From: Blepharisma stoltei ATCC 30299 | Taxonomy: Eukaryota; Protista; Ciliophora | Direction of reading: 5' to 3' | DNA length: 64,000 bases | Assembly (NCBI GenBank): GCA_965603825.1 | Contig: CBFDEM010000009.1 | Span: forward strand, 248,001 to 312,000 | Shown: positions 13,150-23,969 of the stretch, one piece after another | Position numbering within the stretch: position 1 is the first letter of the stretch | Layout: each line of letters begins with the position of its first letter | The notes under the pieces: generated by a model | The model's input: only the letters and a program-made list of their open reading frames with translations | Database searches by the model: none | Told to the model about the DNA's origin: nothing | Program-made: the position numbers and the translations under genes

Positions 13150-13730
13150 ATGGAAAAAATCAAAACAAAAAACCGATTAAGCGAATTTTTTAATCATCGA
13201 GATCTTGAAGGTTTACTACCAATGTTTATTGAAAATAAAATTTCTTATGAAGGATTTGCAATATTTGACTAAAGAAGATTTAATTGATATAAATATACCA
13301 ATAGGACCTAGAAATCGGTTGCTTAATGCTATTTTTATAATCCAAAATTATATATTCAGCCTAAAAGCAGTTATAATTCGCCAAAAAGGCTAAAATTGAA
13401 ACAGGAAGTTGATCAGTTCATGCTAAAGCTATCAAAAATGAAATGATGCAAGAGATAAGCCATCTCCCAGAAAGTAGAGGATAGCTGGCAACTCCTTTGA
13501 GTAGCACATCTCAAAGATCTTATGAGTCAATAAAAATATATCTGCTGAGTTTAGATCTCCATAGTTTATATAATGCTTTATAATAGATGTGGATATTAGC
13601 AAAAAGCAAGATTTTGTGATCAAGATGATCCAAGAGTATCAAAAAGCTATCGCAATGCTTGAAAAAATTAAAATATTTTATTACCTTTATTAGCGCCAAG
13701 AGTAAAAAGTCTAGGCAAAGCAATTATCAA
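13150..13730 (+). pseudogene. Decayed SAM-domain gene
   Basis: RLSEFFNHRDLEGLLPMFIENKISYE | DLQYLTKEDLIDINIPIGPRNRLLNAI is split by an extra G near 13252; further frame breaks and stops downstream. Confidence 0.65.
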
Positions 13731-13806
13731 ATAATAAATAATTTATTGTAATTTAAAGGAATCTTGATCTAACGATTTAAAAGTCTTTTATTAGCATAAA
13801 AACATA

Positions 13807-15927
13807 TTAATCAAATAAACTGCTAGGAATATTTCCATACTTCTTGTTTGAGTCTTTATTGTTGGATACATTAGAAAAGAAATCAGCTACGCTTTCTTCA
13901 AATTGAAATGCCTGGCTGTTTTCTTGCTTATTCGATTGACCTTGAGTAGCTTTGTGAACTGGTGGAGAGCTTTGTTTATAGTTTAATGCATTTGTTTCAG
14001 GCTCTTTAATTTCAAACGTATTTTCAATATTTTCATTAAATTGAAAAGGATTTGATACATTTGGAGTAAAATCAAATAGACTTTCTATATTCTGATTAAA
14101 TGACTCTATAGGAGTTTGGTCAAGCTTTTGAGGCTTTTGTGGAGGCTTAGAATCAAAAAGACTCTCGATATTATCATTAAATAAATGCTGAGAAGGCTGT
14201 TTGCTATGTTGAGATTGAGTGTTTGGCTTAGGGTCAAATATTGCTGCAATATCATCTTTAGGAGCTTCCGAAATAGTTTTTTTAGGCTTAGGGTCAAATA
14301 TTGCTGTAATATCATCTTTAGGAGCTTCCAAAATAGGTTTTTTAATGTTTTGTTGAGGGTTCTTGATCTCAGAAGCGTGGACAATTGGCTTAGATACGCT
14401 AAACTGATCGATATTATCGAAGAAATTAGTAGCATCACTTGCGCCAGTGCTGAAAAAGAAGTCAGTATTTGTGTTTTCTTCAAAGAAATTTGCCGCTTCA
14501 ATATTTTTGTTTGGAATTTCTTTATTTTCTTCTTGAGTCCATGTTTGCACTTCTGGGTCGCTTTTAGCTTCTGAAGGAGGAATCCTAGTTATTTCAGGAT
14601 TTATGTCCTCTTCAAAAGACTCCGCATCAAAAAGATTTGAAATAGGCTGAAATGCCTGGTAGCTAGTTTCTTCTTTGCTTTTTTTAGCTGGATTTTCTGC
14701 CATCATAAAGGGATCAGATAAATTCACATGGTTTATTTTTTCAAAATGGCTTCCAATAGGCTTCCTTTCGGCAGAAAATTCAAACTTCATTTCTTCAGCC
14801 TTTGGAGGTGGCGCTATATCTTCAATTGGAGTTTCTCTGACTTCTTCAATGTCAGGAGACTTTTCATGATTTATTTTTCTCACTTTTTCAGGCTTTGGCT
14901 CTTCTCTTTCACTGCAAGGAGGCAAAATAATCTCCGGTGGTCTTTCTGTTTGTATTTCTTTATGCTCTGTTTTGCTTCTAATTTTCAATTGCTCATTTTC
15001 TTGCTTCATACTCAATATAATTTCCTCTTGTTTCTTTGAAATCTCATTTAATCTTTTTATTTCGTTCTCTTTTGTCTCTATATCCTTTATTTTCTCACTG
15101 TTCAGATTTTCAATCATTTTTTTCATTTCTGCAGATTTTTTTTCAGATTTTTGCAGCTCCAGCGCAATTTTATTTTTCTGCTGCAAAACTTGAGCAATAG
15201 CTTCACTTTGCGGCACAAAATTCTGATTAGCAGAAACTTCATCTAGCGTCTGTTGCAATCTTCTTCTCTAACTAAATCTTACGTTTTCTTCACTTTGAGT
15301 TTTGAAAGCTTCAAATTCTTGCCATGTGTTTTTTATGTGTTCTTTTAATTTTTCACGTTCAGCCTTGCTGGCTTGGAGTTCTTTTGCCATCAGTTCTATT
15401 TCTTTTATTTTATATGCCAGATTAGCTTTTATTCTTTCTATTTCTCCTTCAACATGTTGGTTTCCACTCCTATCTCTTTCCTTTCTCCTGATTTCTCGCC
15501 TTAGATTTTCATTTTCTTCTTCTAAAAGTGTTGATTTTAGTCTTTCATTTTGTAATTCGCTTTCCGACTGCATGCATCTACGCTTAGCTTCTTCAAGCTG
15601 CCTTCGTTTTTTTCTTATTTCCATTTGGAGAGCTCTAGGATCATCCCATACGCTTCCACTGTCGCTTTGTATGCTGTGTTCATAAGAATAACGAGGGTTT
15701 TGAGACCTCTGAGGCATTCTTGCAAGCTCACTACGCTGAGGGGTCCGCTGAGCGTCTAAAATGACTTCTAATGTTGGAACTTCATTACGGAAATCATGGG
15801 GTTCAATAGAAATAGGCTCTTCTGTATATAATGGAGCAGCTTCTTGGCCTTGACCATGCTGAATTTCGTGAGTTTCAATTATAGGGGGTGGAGGCCTTCT
15901 ATATGACTTACGCTCTTCTCTGCTCAT
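13807..15927 (-). CDS. Coiled-coil protein with a long disordered tail rich in F/FD motifs (15-nt intron 15268-15282)
   Basis: ORFs 15268-15927 and 13807-15258 join in frame after removing gtaagatttagttag. Confidence 0.8.
14225..14340. repeat. Near-perfect 60-bp tandem repeat inside CDS (EAPKDDIxAIFDPKP x2)
   Basis: ggcttagggtcaaatattgctg.aatatcatctttaggagcttcc recurs with a 60-nt period. Confidence 0.9.
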
Positions 15928-16348
15928 ATTTTATTGTGTCTTATAGATATTTAAGCCGATATAATTTTTATAATAAAATCTTTGAGATTTGTGAGTGATT
16001 ATTTCTTATATTTTAATGCAAGCAATATAATTGACTAAATAATAAGAGATTTAAAAATTAGCTTTATGGCAGGATAGATACATTTAAAAAGAGTAAAACT
16101 ATTATTAAAAGCTGAAAAATCCATTTATCTCTAGTATTTCACCAAAATTTCAAGAGAGCTATGACTATTTATGGAGATCTACAGCTTTGAAATAACTAAC
16201 TTTTACTTTTTCTGAGCTTAGGGCATTTTCTCTCTATTAAACAAGATAGAATGTCTAAAGTTGTTAATATTAAAGCATCTAAATTATCCAAATAATTTTA
16301 TAATTAAATCCCAAAGGTTTATGTATTTTGTTTCGTTTAGGCTCAAAA

Positions 16349-17743
16349 TTATTTATTTTTTCCGGAGTTAAAAGGAGAAATCCCTCCATATTTCTTTTTC
16401 AGTCTTTCGTACTCCAGCTGCTTTGTCAAAGTTTCTGTTTTTTTAATATATTCACCATTAGGTTTCCTCGCCAATGGCTTTATTAAAGTTATTTCTTTTT
16501 TCTTTAAAAATGGAGAAGTGCTTTGAGCTTGGGAGCTCTTCACTGAATTCGATTTTTTCATGATATTGCTGTGATCTAGTGCCCTTGTTGCTCTTGATGT
16601 GATTTCTTTTAAATCTTTCAAAACATCTTGATAAATGAGCTGCTCATTTTGGAGATTTTCCCCCATACCAGGGCCAAAGCTGTTTGCTCTTTTTCCAAGT
16701 TTTTTTGTCTCTTCTTCTAAGCCTTGCTTATCATTAGTTGCAGAAGATGATACTTCAGTTGCTAATGACAGTCGGCCTGATATTTGTTTTTCTAATTCTA
16801 GCTTGAGGCTACTAATTTGGCTTTCTAGTTGGGAAATATATGTATCTTTGTCTTTTACACAATTTTTCAAATCTTCAAAAGCATTGTCATGAAGAATATT
16901 TTGATTTTCTATGAAATCTGACTCAATTTTCCTGTTATAGCACTCCATTGAATTTTTTTCTTCTAGAGATTTTATTGTGGAATTAAGATGTCTTATGTCA
17001 TTTTCCAGCTTTTCTTGTTTTGTTCTATATCTATACATTCGAGAGCGAATTACTTCTAGTTTGCTAGAAATGTGGTTAAACAAATGAGGTCTAGAGATTT
17101 TACTTTGATTAGTATTATCTTCATCCTCGCTAATATTTTCAACTGATTCCAAAATTTTTATCATTTCTTCTTCCATCTCTTTTAGATTTTTCTGAAGCAA
17201 ACTTGCTTCAGATTTATGCCTCATCTGCTCTTGTGAAGAATTTTGCAATTCTTTAGAGTTTTGCTGAATCTCAAAAACAAGCTGTTTATTTTCCTTTGTA
17301 TATCTCTCACATTCAATTTTATATAGGTCTAATGACTGCTTTAAGCAATCAATTTCATCTTTCAATAACTTGATAGAATTTCTTGGCCTGATCTCAAAAA
17401 TTACTTCTGTTGCAATATTCAATGTGCCAGTTATTTGCATTGATAGCTTACTGTCTCTTTTCAATGTTTTTATATTAGACTCTGTATTAGGAGTTTGAGG
17501 AAGATAAGCAATAAAATTTTCATACTCTGAGCACTGAGAAATTTCTTCTTTACTTTGGTTTTGATTATAGAGATTTTCTGCATTAGAATCAAGCTCATCT
17601 TCTGTAAATGCTATAGAATTTTTGTGAGAACTTAAAGAGCCTGATGGAAAATAAAAGATTTTGTGTTGAATGGGGGAATATGATGTATTGATTTTAAGAG
17701 TGGATTGAAGTCGCCTTGGATCTAAATCAGCTTCTTCATCCAT
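16349..17743 (-). CDS. Coiled-coil protein, unknown function
   Basis: 464-aa uninterrupted ORF, heptad-rich. Confidence 0.75.
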   Translation of the reverse strand: MDEEADLDPRRLQSTLKINTSYSPIQHKIFYFPSGSLSSHKNSIAFTEDELDSNAENLYNQNQSKEEISQCSEYENFIAYLPQTPNTESNIKTLKRDSKLSMQITGTLNIATEVIFEIRPRNSIKLLKDEIDCLKQSLDLYKIECERYTKENKQLVFEIQQNSKELQNSSQEQMRHKSEASLLQKNLKEMEEEMIKILESVENISEDEDNTNQSKISRPHLFNHISSKLEVIRSRMYRYRTKQEKLENDIRHLNSTIKSLEEKNSMECYNRKIESDFIENQNILHDNAFEDLKNCVKDKDTYISQLESQISSLKLELEKQISGRLSLATEVSSSATNDKQGLEEETKKLGKRANSFGPGMGENLQNEQLIYQDVLKDLKEITSRATRALDHSNIMKKSNSVKSSQAQSTSPFLKKKEITLIKPLARKPNGEYIKKTETLTKQLEYERLKKKYGGISPFNSGKNK

Positions 17744-17939
17744 CTTTAACTTATTCCAGGCTTTTTAAAAGTGCGTCTATACTTAGATGACGGAATCGTC
17801 AGTTATTTCATGTTTTGCATATGAATATGCTTTATAATTTTAAATTAGGCTTAAACATCAAGTATATGTTAATATTTTTATAGCAGAAAGTTTATATATA
17901 TAAATTATTAATTTAAAATTTATTATGTAAGGGTCAGAG

Positions 17940-19803
17940 TATATAGATAATTTTAGCATTTGCTAACAAATTATTATAAATAAAATAAGAGCTTTGGACT
18001 AATTTTAAACGTCTTTTTTACCGAAATATTAAACATTTCTGGTATTTTTACATATCCATTTTCCCTATTTTCCTATTATCATTTCTGCTCTTTCCCAATT
18101 TAAATAAATTTTTGATAATAAATGTCAATGTTTGGAATTTCTCAACCTCAGAGTCAGCCTCAACCTCAATCTCAATCATCCGGTGGACTTTTTGGCCAGG
18201 CTGCTCCTGCTCAATCATCATTATTCAGTAATATTCAGCAGCCAGTGGATACTAGCAGCGTTTTTGGCAATGCTAATCAGCAACCATCATCACAAGGAGG
18301 ATTTTTTGGAAGTTCTAACATCAATTCTCAAGCTTTTCCACAACAATCTCAATCTCTCCCCCAAAATTCTTTTCCCCCTGCTCAACCAACATGCAGCTCT
18401 TTCTCTTTTTCAAACGCTACTCCCCAACCTCCTCAACCGCCTCAATCTTTATTCCTGCCTGTATCAAATTCGGATAATCCTATCTCATTAGCTCAGCCAC
18501 CTCAATCTAAAATTCAGCTAGTTTTTACTAATGACAGTCAAAGTTTGCTAAATGCCAAACCATATGGGCTTAATATTGCTGTTGGAACATCAGAAAAGCC
18601 TGCTGAATTTACTATTATAGTAAATGGCACAGACACCTTTATGCTTTCCTCAGAAATTTTAAAAGAAAGATCTTACTTCTTTAAAAAAGAACTCGAAGGA
18701 GAAAACATGGAAAATTTGAAGCTGGAAATAAGTATTCCGTTTCCTAATATGCTTCTTGACTTTTTCTTGTGGCTGCATTATCAAGATCAAGGGAAATTGT
18801 TGCAAAAAATTCACTTCTTACATGAGATGCTTGAGATCTATGCAATTGGAAGGATATTTCAAATAAAACCTGAGCTTGGGTTAGGAGAGCTTCTATTGAG
18901 AAATAGAAATATATCTAGTTGTTTACCCTTCCAACAGCTTCCAGATGTATGGGATAGGAAATACATTGATTTCAAATTTTTGACTAAGATGCTAAATCAA
19001 TCTGCAATGGTATTCTCAGGATTTGGAGGATTTGGTGGAGGTCTGTTTGGAACCCCTGATGATGGAAAAATTTATGCTGTTTTTGATTGGCTTGGAGAAA
19101 AAAGCTGCTATTGTGAAGAAGATATCGAAGACTTGAAAAACTCAGACGATTTCAAAAACATGGGAAAAGAATTAGAAAGAAATAACTATTTGCCAAAGAA
19201 CATCAACTCATATGCTCAGCTAGCTATAAGATATCCAGTTGCAATTCAAACTATCAGCATTACAAGACTTCTGAAAGGAATTAATCTGATTTAATCAAAT
19301 AATTAATAATTAGATGCGCAATTGTTGAAATTTATTAAAATAATTAGGTTTTACTTATAATAATCGTGCTTAGAGACAAAACACTGAATATTGATAGAGA
19401 AATCCTCACAAATATTAATTCAAAATGGGGGAACCAAGAGAATTCCAAGCAGTCACCAAAATCCTCAACTCTATGGTGGATTCTTACTCAGAAGACGTCC
19501 CATTCCTTTTCCACGAATTTTTCGACCGATACATCCACGAAATCTTATCAGGCGCCAAAATCCACGCGGACCGGCGAAATAATACAATTCAGCCTCGTGA
19601 CATCAAAGTATCTATAGATTTCCGTACCAAATTTGCATTTAAAGCCAGAATGTCCAAGCCAGAGCTTCAAAATCTGGCTGTAAAGAGGGAAAAAATAAAG
19701 CTTCCAATCCCAGGTGACCGAACAGGAATTTTATTGCCATCTGAAGAGCATTGTTGACTATCAAAAAATTATCAGTTAATAAGAGACCATGACATGAATT
19801 TAG
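17940..19803 (+). repeat. Tandem duplication A, copy 1 (FG/BTB-like gene plus TAF9)
   Basis: Highly similar to 20945-22799, including intergenic DNA (offset 3005 at the 5' end). Confidence 0.95.
18122..19294 (+). CDS. Protein with a Q/S/P-rich, FG-motif N-terminus and a BTB/POZ-like domain (paralog 1)
   Basis: MFG, GGLFG, SLFS, SVFG, GFFG motifs; FTIIVNGTDTFMLSSEILKERSYFFK...FFLWLH resembles the BTB core. Confidence 0.7.
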   Translation: MSMFGISQPQSQPQPQSQSSGGLFGQAAPAQSSLFSNIQQPVDTSSVFGNANQQPSSQGGFFGSSNINSQAFPQQSQSLPQNSFPPAQPTCSSFSFSNATPQPPQPPQSLFLPVSNSDNPISLAQPPQSKIQLVFTNDSQSLLNAKPYGLNIAVGTSEKPAEFTIIVNGTDTFMLSSEILKERSYFFKKELEGENMENLKLEISIPFPNMLLDFFLWLHYQDQGKLLQKIHFLHEMLEIYAIGRIFQIKPELGLGELLLRNRNISSCLPFQQLPDVWDRKYIDFKFLTKMLNQSAMVFSGFGGFGGGLFGTPDDGKIYAVFDWLGEKSCYCEEDIEDLKNSDDFKNMGKELERNNYLPKNINSYAQLAIRYPVAIQTISITRLLKGINLI

Positions 19804-20093
19804 TTTTTTCTTTCAAGGCCAAAACTGTTGCTTCTTTTCTTAGTTTTTTTTCTTCTAAGCCTTGCTTATCATTGGTTGCAGTGGATGATACTACAGTTGC
19901 TAAAGACAGTCGGCCTGATAATTGTTTTTCTAACTCAAGCTTGAGGCTACTAATTTGGCTTTTGAAAAATTGTGTACACAATTTTTCAAAACTTCAAAAG
20001 CATCGCATTGAAGGACATTTTGATTTCTATAAAATCTGAATTAATTTTCCTCCATTGAATTTTTTTCTTCTAAAGATTTTATTTTGGAATTAA
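19425..20093 (+). CDS. TAF9: TAF9 paralog with lost stop and antisense-derived C-terminal extension (possibly a pseudogene)
   Basis: Histone fold nearly identical to 22421-22807; TTA>TGA(Trp) at 19755. The frame crosses the duplication junction and stays open to TAA 20091-20093. Confidence 0.6.
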
Positions 20094-20230
20094 GATGTCT
20101 TATGTCATTTTCCAACTTTTCTTGCTCTGTTCTATATCTATATATTTGAGAGCGAATTATTTCTAGTTTGCTAGAAATGTGGTCAAACAACTGAGGTCTA
20201 ATGATTTTACTTTGATTAGTATTATCTTCA
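19812..20230 (-). pseudogene. Degenerate partial copy of the 16349-17743 coiled-coil gene (matches ~16668-17123)
   Basis: Shared peptides (SQISSLKLELEKQ.SGRLSLAT, EDNTNQSKI.RP.LF.HISSKLE) with several deletions and frameshifts. Confidence 0.9.
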
Positions 20231-20944
20231 CACTGCAGAGCATCTAGACAGCTTGAGACTGGAGATGCATAACAATAGGCTGATAAGGAGGACAGGAGCG
20301 AAAGAATGAAAGGCAACTTTGGAAGATGCTATAAGAAGGTGCAACTTGAAGGAAATTACGAATATACTGGAAACCGAGACACATAGGACGATGGAAATTA
20401 TACAGATGGTCGTTAGAGGGCTGAAACAGCTTACTCGCCAACATGTGTCTTGATCAATTCCAATATGCACATGGCAATTGGTGCCATGCACAGGCTGAGA
20501 GCAGGTTTTAATAGCAGTAACCGCTGCGCATACAGGAGACACCTAACCAAGAATCCGATATGCAGTAATTGCGCAGTGATAGAAACTGAGGAGTACATGC
20601 TAGCACTCTGCCATATGTATGGCACATAAAGAATAAAGCCGATGAATAGTGCAAATAAAGTGATTCGAGACGCAATGATACTGAATGTGGTGCTGCAGGT
20701 TGAGCCGGTGCAGGAATTTGTATTATAGGCTATGCGAATGCAGAGTAAACAGGCACAAGAATCGGTGATACTGAATGAGATAATACAATAGAACCAGCAC
20801 AAAGTTTGGCATTTCAGGCTATGCAAGAGTAGGGTGAACTAATGCAGGAGGTGCAAAAGCAGGACAACGCGAGTGGGTTGGCATGGAACCGAGTATGCAT
20901 AGGAATACTGGATCTAGTGTTGTGTGCTTGGAGACACGAGGCTT
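20231..20944 (-). pseudogene. Foreign, more GC-rich segment resembling a decayed Cys-rich (furin-like/CxxC) repeat gene
   Basis: Minus-strand pieces read CTSCISSPYSCIA, NSCTGSTCST, SSCLDALQC in shifting frames; no similarity to the corresponding part of copy 1. Confidence 0.5.
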
Positions 20945-22799
20945 TATATAGATAATTTTAGCATTTGCTAACAAATTATTATAAATAAAATAAGAGCTTT
21001 GGACTAATTTTAAACGTCTTTTTTACCGAAATATTAAATGTTTCTGGTATTTTTACATATCCATTTTCCCTATTTTCCTATTATCATTTCTGCTCTTTTC
21101 CATTTTAAATAAATTTTTGATAATAAATGTCAATGTTTGGAGTTTCTCAACCTCAGAGTCAGCCTCAATCTAAATCTCAATCATCTGGTGGACTTTTTGG
21201 CCAGGCTGCTCCTGTTCAATCATCATTATTCAATAATCCTCAGCAGCCAGTGAATGCTAAAAGCTGTTTCTGCAATGCTAATCAACAACCGTCATCACAA
21301 GGAGGATTTTTTGGAAGTTCTAACATCAATTCTCAAGCTTTTCCACAACAATCTCAATCTCTACCCCAAACTTCTTTTTTCCCTGCTCAAAACCAACAAA
21401 CAGGAAGCTCTTTCTCCTTTTCAAACGCTACTTCCCAACCTCCTCAGCCCCCTCAGTCTTTATTCTCGCCTGTATCAAATTCAGACGATCCTATTGCATT
21501 AGCTCAGCCACCAAAATCTAAAATTCAGCTAGTTTTTACTAACGACAGTCAAAGTTTGCTAAATGCCAAACCATATGGGCTTAATATTGCTGTTGGAACA
21601 TCAGAAAAGCCTGCTGATTTTACTATTATAGTAAATGGCACAGACACCTTTATGCTTTCCTCAGAAATTTTAAAAGAAAGATCTGACTTCTTTAAAAGAG
21701 AACTCGAAGGAAAAGAAATAGAAAATTTGAAGCTGGAAATAAGTATTCCGTTTCCTAATATGCTTCTTGAATTTTTCTTGTGGCTGCATTATCAAGATCA
21801 AGGGAAATTGTTGCAAAAAATTCACTTCTTACATGAGATGCTTGAGATCTATGCAATTGGAAGGATATTTCAAGTAAAATCTGAGCTTGGGCTAGGAGAG
21901 CTCTTATTGAGAAATAGAAATATATCTAGTTGTTTACCCTTCCAACAGCTTCCAGATGTATGGGATAGGAAATACATTGATTTCAAATTTTTGACTAAGA
22001 TGTTAAATCAATCTGCAATGGCAGGATTTGGTGGAGGTCTGTTTGGACCCCCTGATGATGGAAAAATTTATTATGTTTTTGATTGGCTTGGAGAAAAAAG
22101 CTGCTATTGTGAAGAAGATATCGAAGACTTGAAAAACTCAGACGATTTCAAAAACATGGGAGAAGTACTAGAAAGAAATAACTATTTGCCAAAGAACATC
22201 AACTCATATGCTCAGCTAGCTAGAAGATATCCAGTTGCAATTCAAACTATCAGCGTTACAAGACTTCTGAAAGGAATTAATCTGATTTAATCAAATATTT
22301 AATAATTAGATGCGCAATTGTTGAAATTTATTAAAATAATTAGATTTTACTTATAATAATCGTGCTTAGAAACAAAACACTGAATATTGATAGAGAAATC
22401 CTCACAAATATTAATTCAAAATGGGGGAACCAAGAGAATTCCAAGCAGTCACCAAAATCCTCAACTCTATGGTGGATTCTTACTCAGAAGACGTCCCATT
22501 CCTTCTCCACGAATTTTTCGACCGATACATCCACGAAATCTTATCAGGCGCCAAAATCCACGCAGACCGGCGAAATGACACAATTCAGCCTCGTGACATA
22601 AAAGTATCTATAGATTTCCGCACAAAATTTGCATTTAAAACCAGAATGTCCAAGCCAGAGCTTCAAAATTTGGCTGAGCAGAGGAACAAAATAAAGCTTC
22701 CAATCCCAGGTGACCGAACAGGAATTTTATTGCCATCTGAAGAGCATTGTTTACTATCAAAAAATTATCAGTTAATAAGAGACCATGACATGAATTTAG
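20945..22799 (+). repeat. Tandem duplication A, copy 2
   Basis: Matches 17940-19803. Confidence 0.95.
21127..22290 (+). CDS. FG-motif plus BTB/POZ-like protein (paralog 2)
   Basis: Intact ORF, near-identical to 18122-19294, in-frame indels only. Confidence 0.7.
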   Translation: MSMFGVSQPQSQPQSKSQSSGGLFGQAAPVQSSLFNNPQQPVNAKSCFCNANQQPSSQGGFFGSSNINSQAFPQQSQSLPQTSFFPAQNQQTGSSFSFSNATSQPPQPPQSLFSPVSNSDDPIALAQPPKSKIQLVFTNDSQSLLNAKPYGLNIAVGTSEKPADFTIIVNGTDTFMLSSEILKERSDFFKRELEGKEIENLKLEISIPFPNMLLEFFLWLHYQDQGKLLQKIHFLHEMLEIYAIGRIFQVKSELGLGELLLRNRNISSCLPFQQLPDVWDRKYIDFKFLTKMLNQSAMAGFGGGLFGPPDDGKIYYVFDWLGEKSCYCEEDIEDLKNSDDFKNMGEVLERNNYLPKNINSYAQLARRYPVAIQTISVTRLLKGINLI

Positions 22800-22807
22800 A
22801 TTTTTAA
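22421..22807 (+). CDS. TAF9: TFIID subunit TAF9 (histone fold)
   Basis: PREFQAVTKIL..M...Y...V...LHEFFDRY...IL..AK..AD...TI...DIK, A..RN.I.LP, LP.EEHCL...NYQL. Confidence 0.85.
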   Translation: MGEPREFQAVTKILNSMVDSYSEDVPFLLHEFFDRYIHEILSGAKIHADRRNDTIQPRDIKVSIDFRTKFAFKTRMSKPELQNLAEQRNKIKLPIPGDRTGILLPSEEHCLLSKNYQLIRDHDMNLDF

Positions 22808-22825
22808 GTAAAATTAATGAAGATT

Positions 22826-23218
22826 TTATTTTGAATTTTTATGGCTCTCTACATATGCTTGAAGCTCATCTTTTCTCCTTAAAGAAATCTGTGCTATGAG
22901 CTCATGATATTTAGTCATTGAAGGATTTATATAATATCCAGCTCCTATCACTCCATAAATTGTAAGAATCTTCATTATGATTTCAGTAATTGGGAAGTTT
23001 TGCCTATATCGAAATTTGTAAAGTGCACATGTTGGTATTATTGCTGCTAAAACTTGGCATATACGAGAAGCTTGCATTATACCTTCCTCAGCTTCTTTAA
23101 GAGCGGGGTATGCTGGATCGTTTTCTAAGTTGATTTTGTTTTCTTTTAGTGCTGCTTTCAATGCTAGACTTGCCTGAAAATTTGTAAATTTATTCTTATC
23201 TTCTTTGCTATCAACCAT
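22826..23218 (-). CDS. Small two-TM membrane protein, unknown function
   Basis: 130-aa ORF with two hydrophobic segments. Confidence 0.65.
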   Translation of the reverse strand: MVDSKEDKNKFTNFQASLALKAALKENKINLENDPAYPALKEAEEGIMQASRICQVLAAIIPTCALYKFRYRQNFPITEIIMKILTIYGVIGAGYYINPSMTKYHELIAQISLRRKDELQAYVESHKNSK

Positions 23219-23298
23219 TTTATAGTTAATTAATAAGATGATAAAAGAAGAAAGCTTATAAAGCCAAAATACTGGGATTTTTTGTAGTTAAATGATGA

Positions 23299-23931
23299 TT
23301 AGTAAATAAATGGAATTATTATCTTTCTATTTGGGTATTTTGGCTTGTCTTTTTCTCCATTAAACTGTTTTATATAGTTCATATGTTTTGATTTCCCCCA
23401 AGTAGTAGTAATCAATAAAGCTGTCATTAAAAACATTAAGGAGTACATAGTTTGGGATGCAATATAGAATCCTAGCCATGTAAGTAGCTCGAAAAAGTAA
23501 TGTGGGCATGATACATATTCAAATAAAAATCCTGTTGGAATCAATTTAACACCATTATTAGCCTTTTTAAATGATCTCAGCTGGAGATGGACATATGTAT
23601 TACAGATAAGTCCAACTGAAAAAATAAGAATTCCTAATATAATAATCCAATTATCAGGTCTAATAAACTCTGGAGTATAGATTTCATTAGAAATATTCGA
23701 AGAAAAGGACCATAAATAAGTTCATTCCATAAAAAACATAAATAAGTTTGTGTCTTGTTGATTTGACCTAATGTGTATGAAAAGAGCATCAATTGACCTT
23801 TTCAGCATATACCCAATTCACATAGAAAAATACTCAATTTCCAAAATTTTGCCTTTTCTATAAGCAACATTTGTCCAGATATAAGCTGCCACTATAAAGC
23901 CAATAGTCGGCAAAATTTTTTCCTTTGTCAT
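23299..23931 (-). CDS. Steroid 5-alpha-reductase/TECR-like enoyl reductase (TGA=Trp at 23818-23820 and 23722-23724)
   Basis: KR..DALFIH, N.YVHLQLR, IPTGFLFEYVSCPHYFFELLTW, YP.RKIIIPFIY. Confidence 0.88.
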
Positions 23932-23969
23932 TTATTAAATATTTATTAAAGATTTTGTAAATCAAGCTA

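Noticed and set aside
17787-17820. Possible 5' extension of the 16349-17743 gene through a 15-nt GT..AG segment
   Set aside because: An in-frame TAA remains between the putative acceptor and the ATG at 17743.
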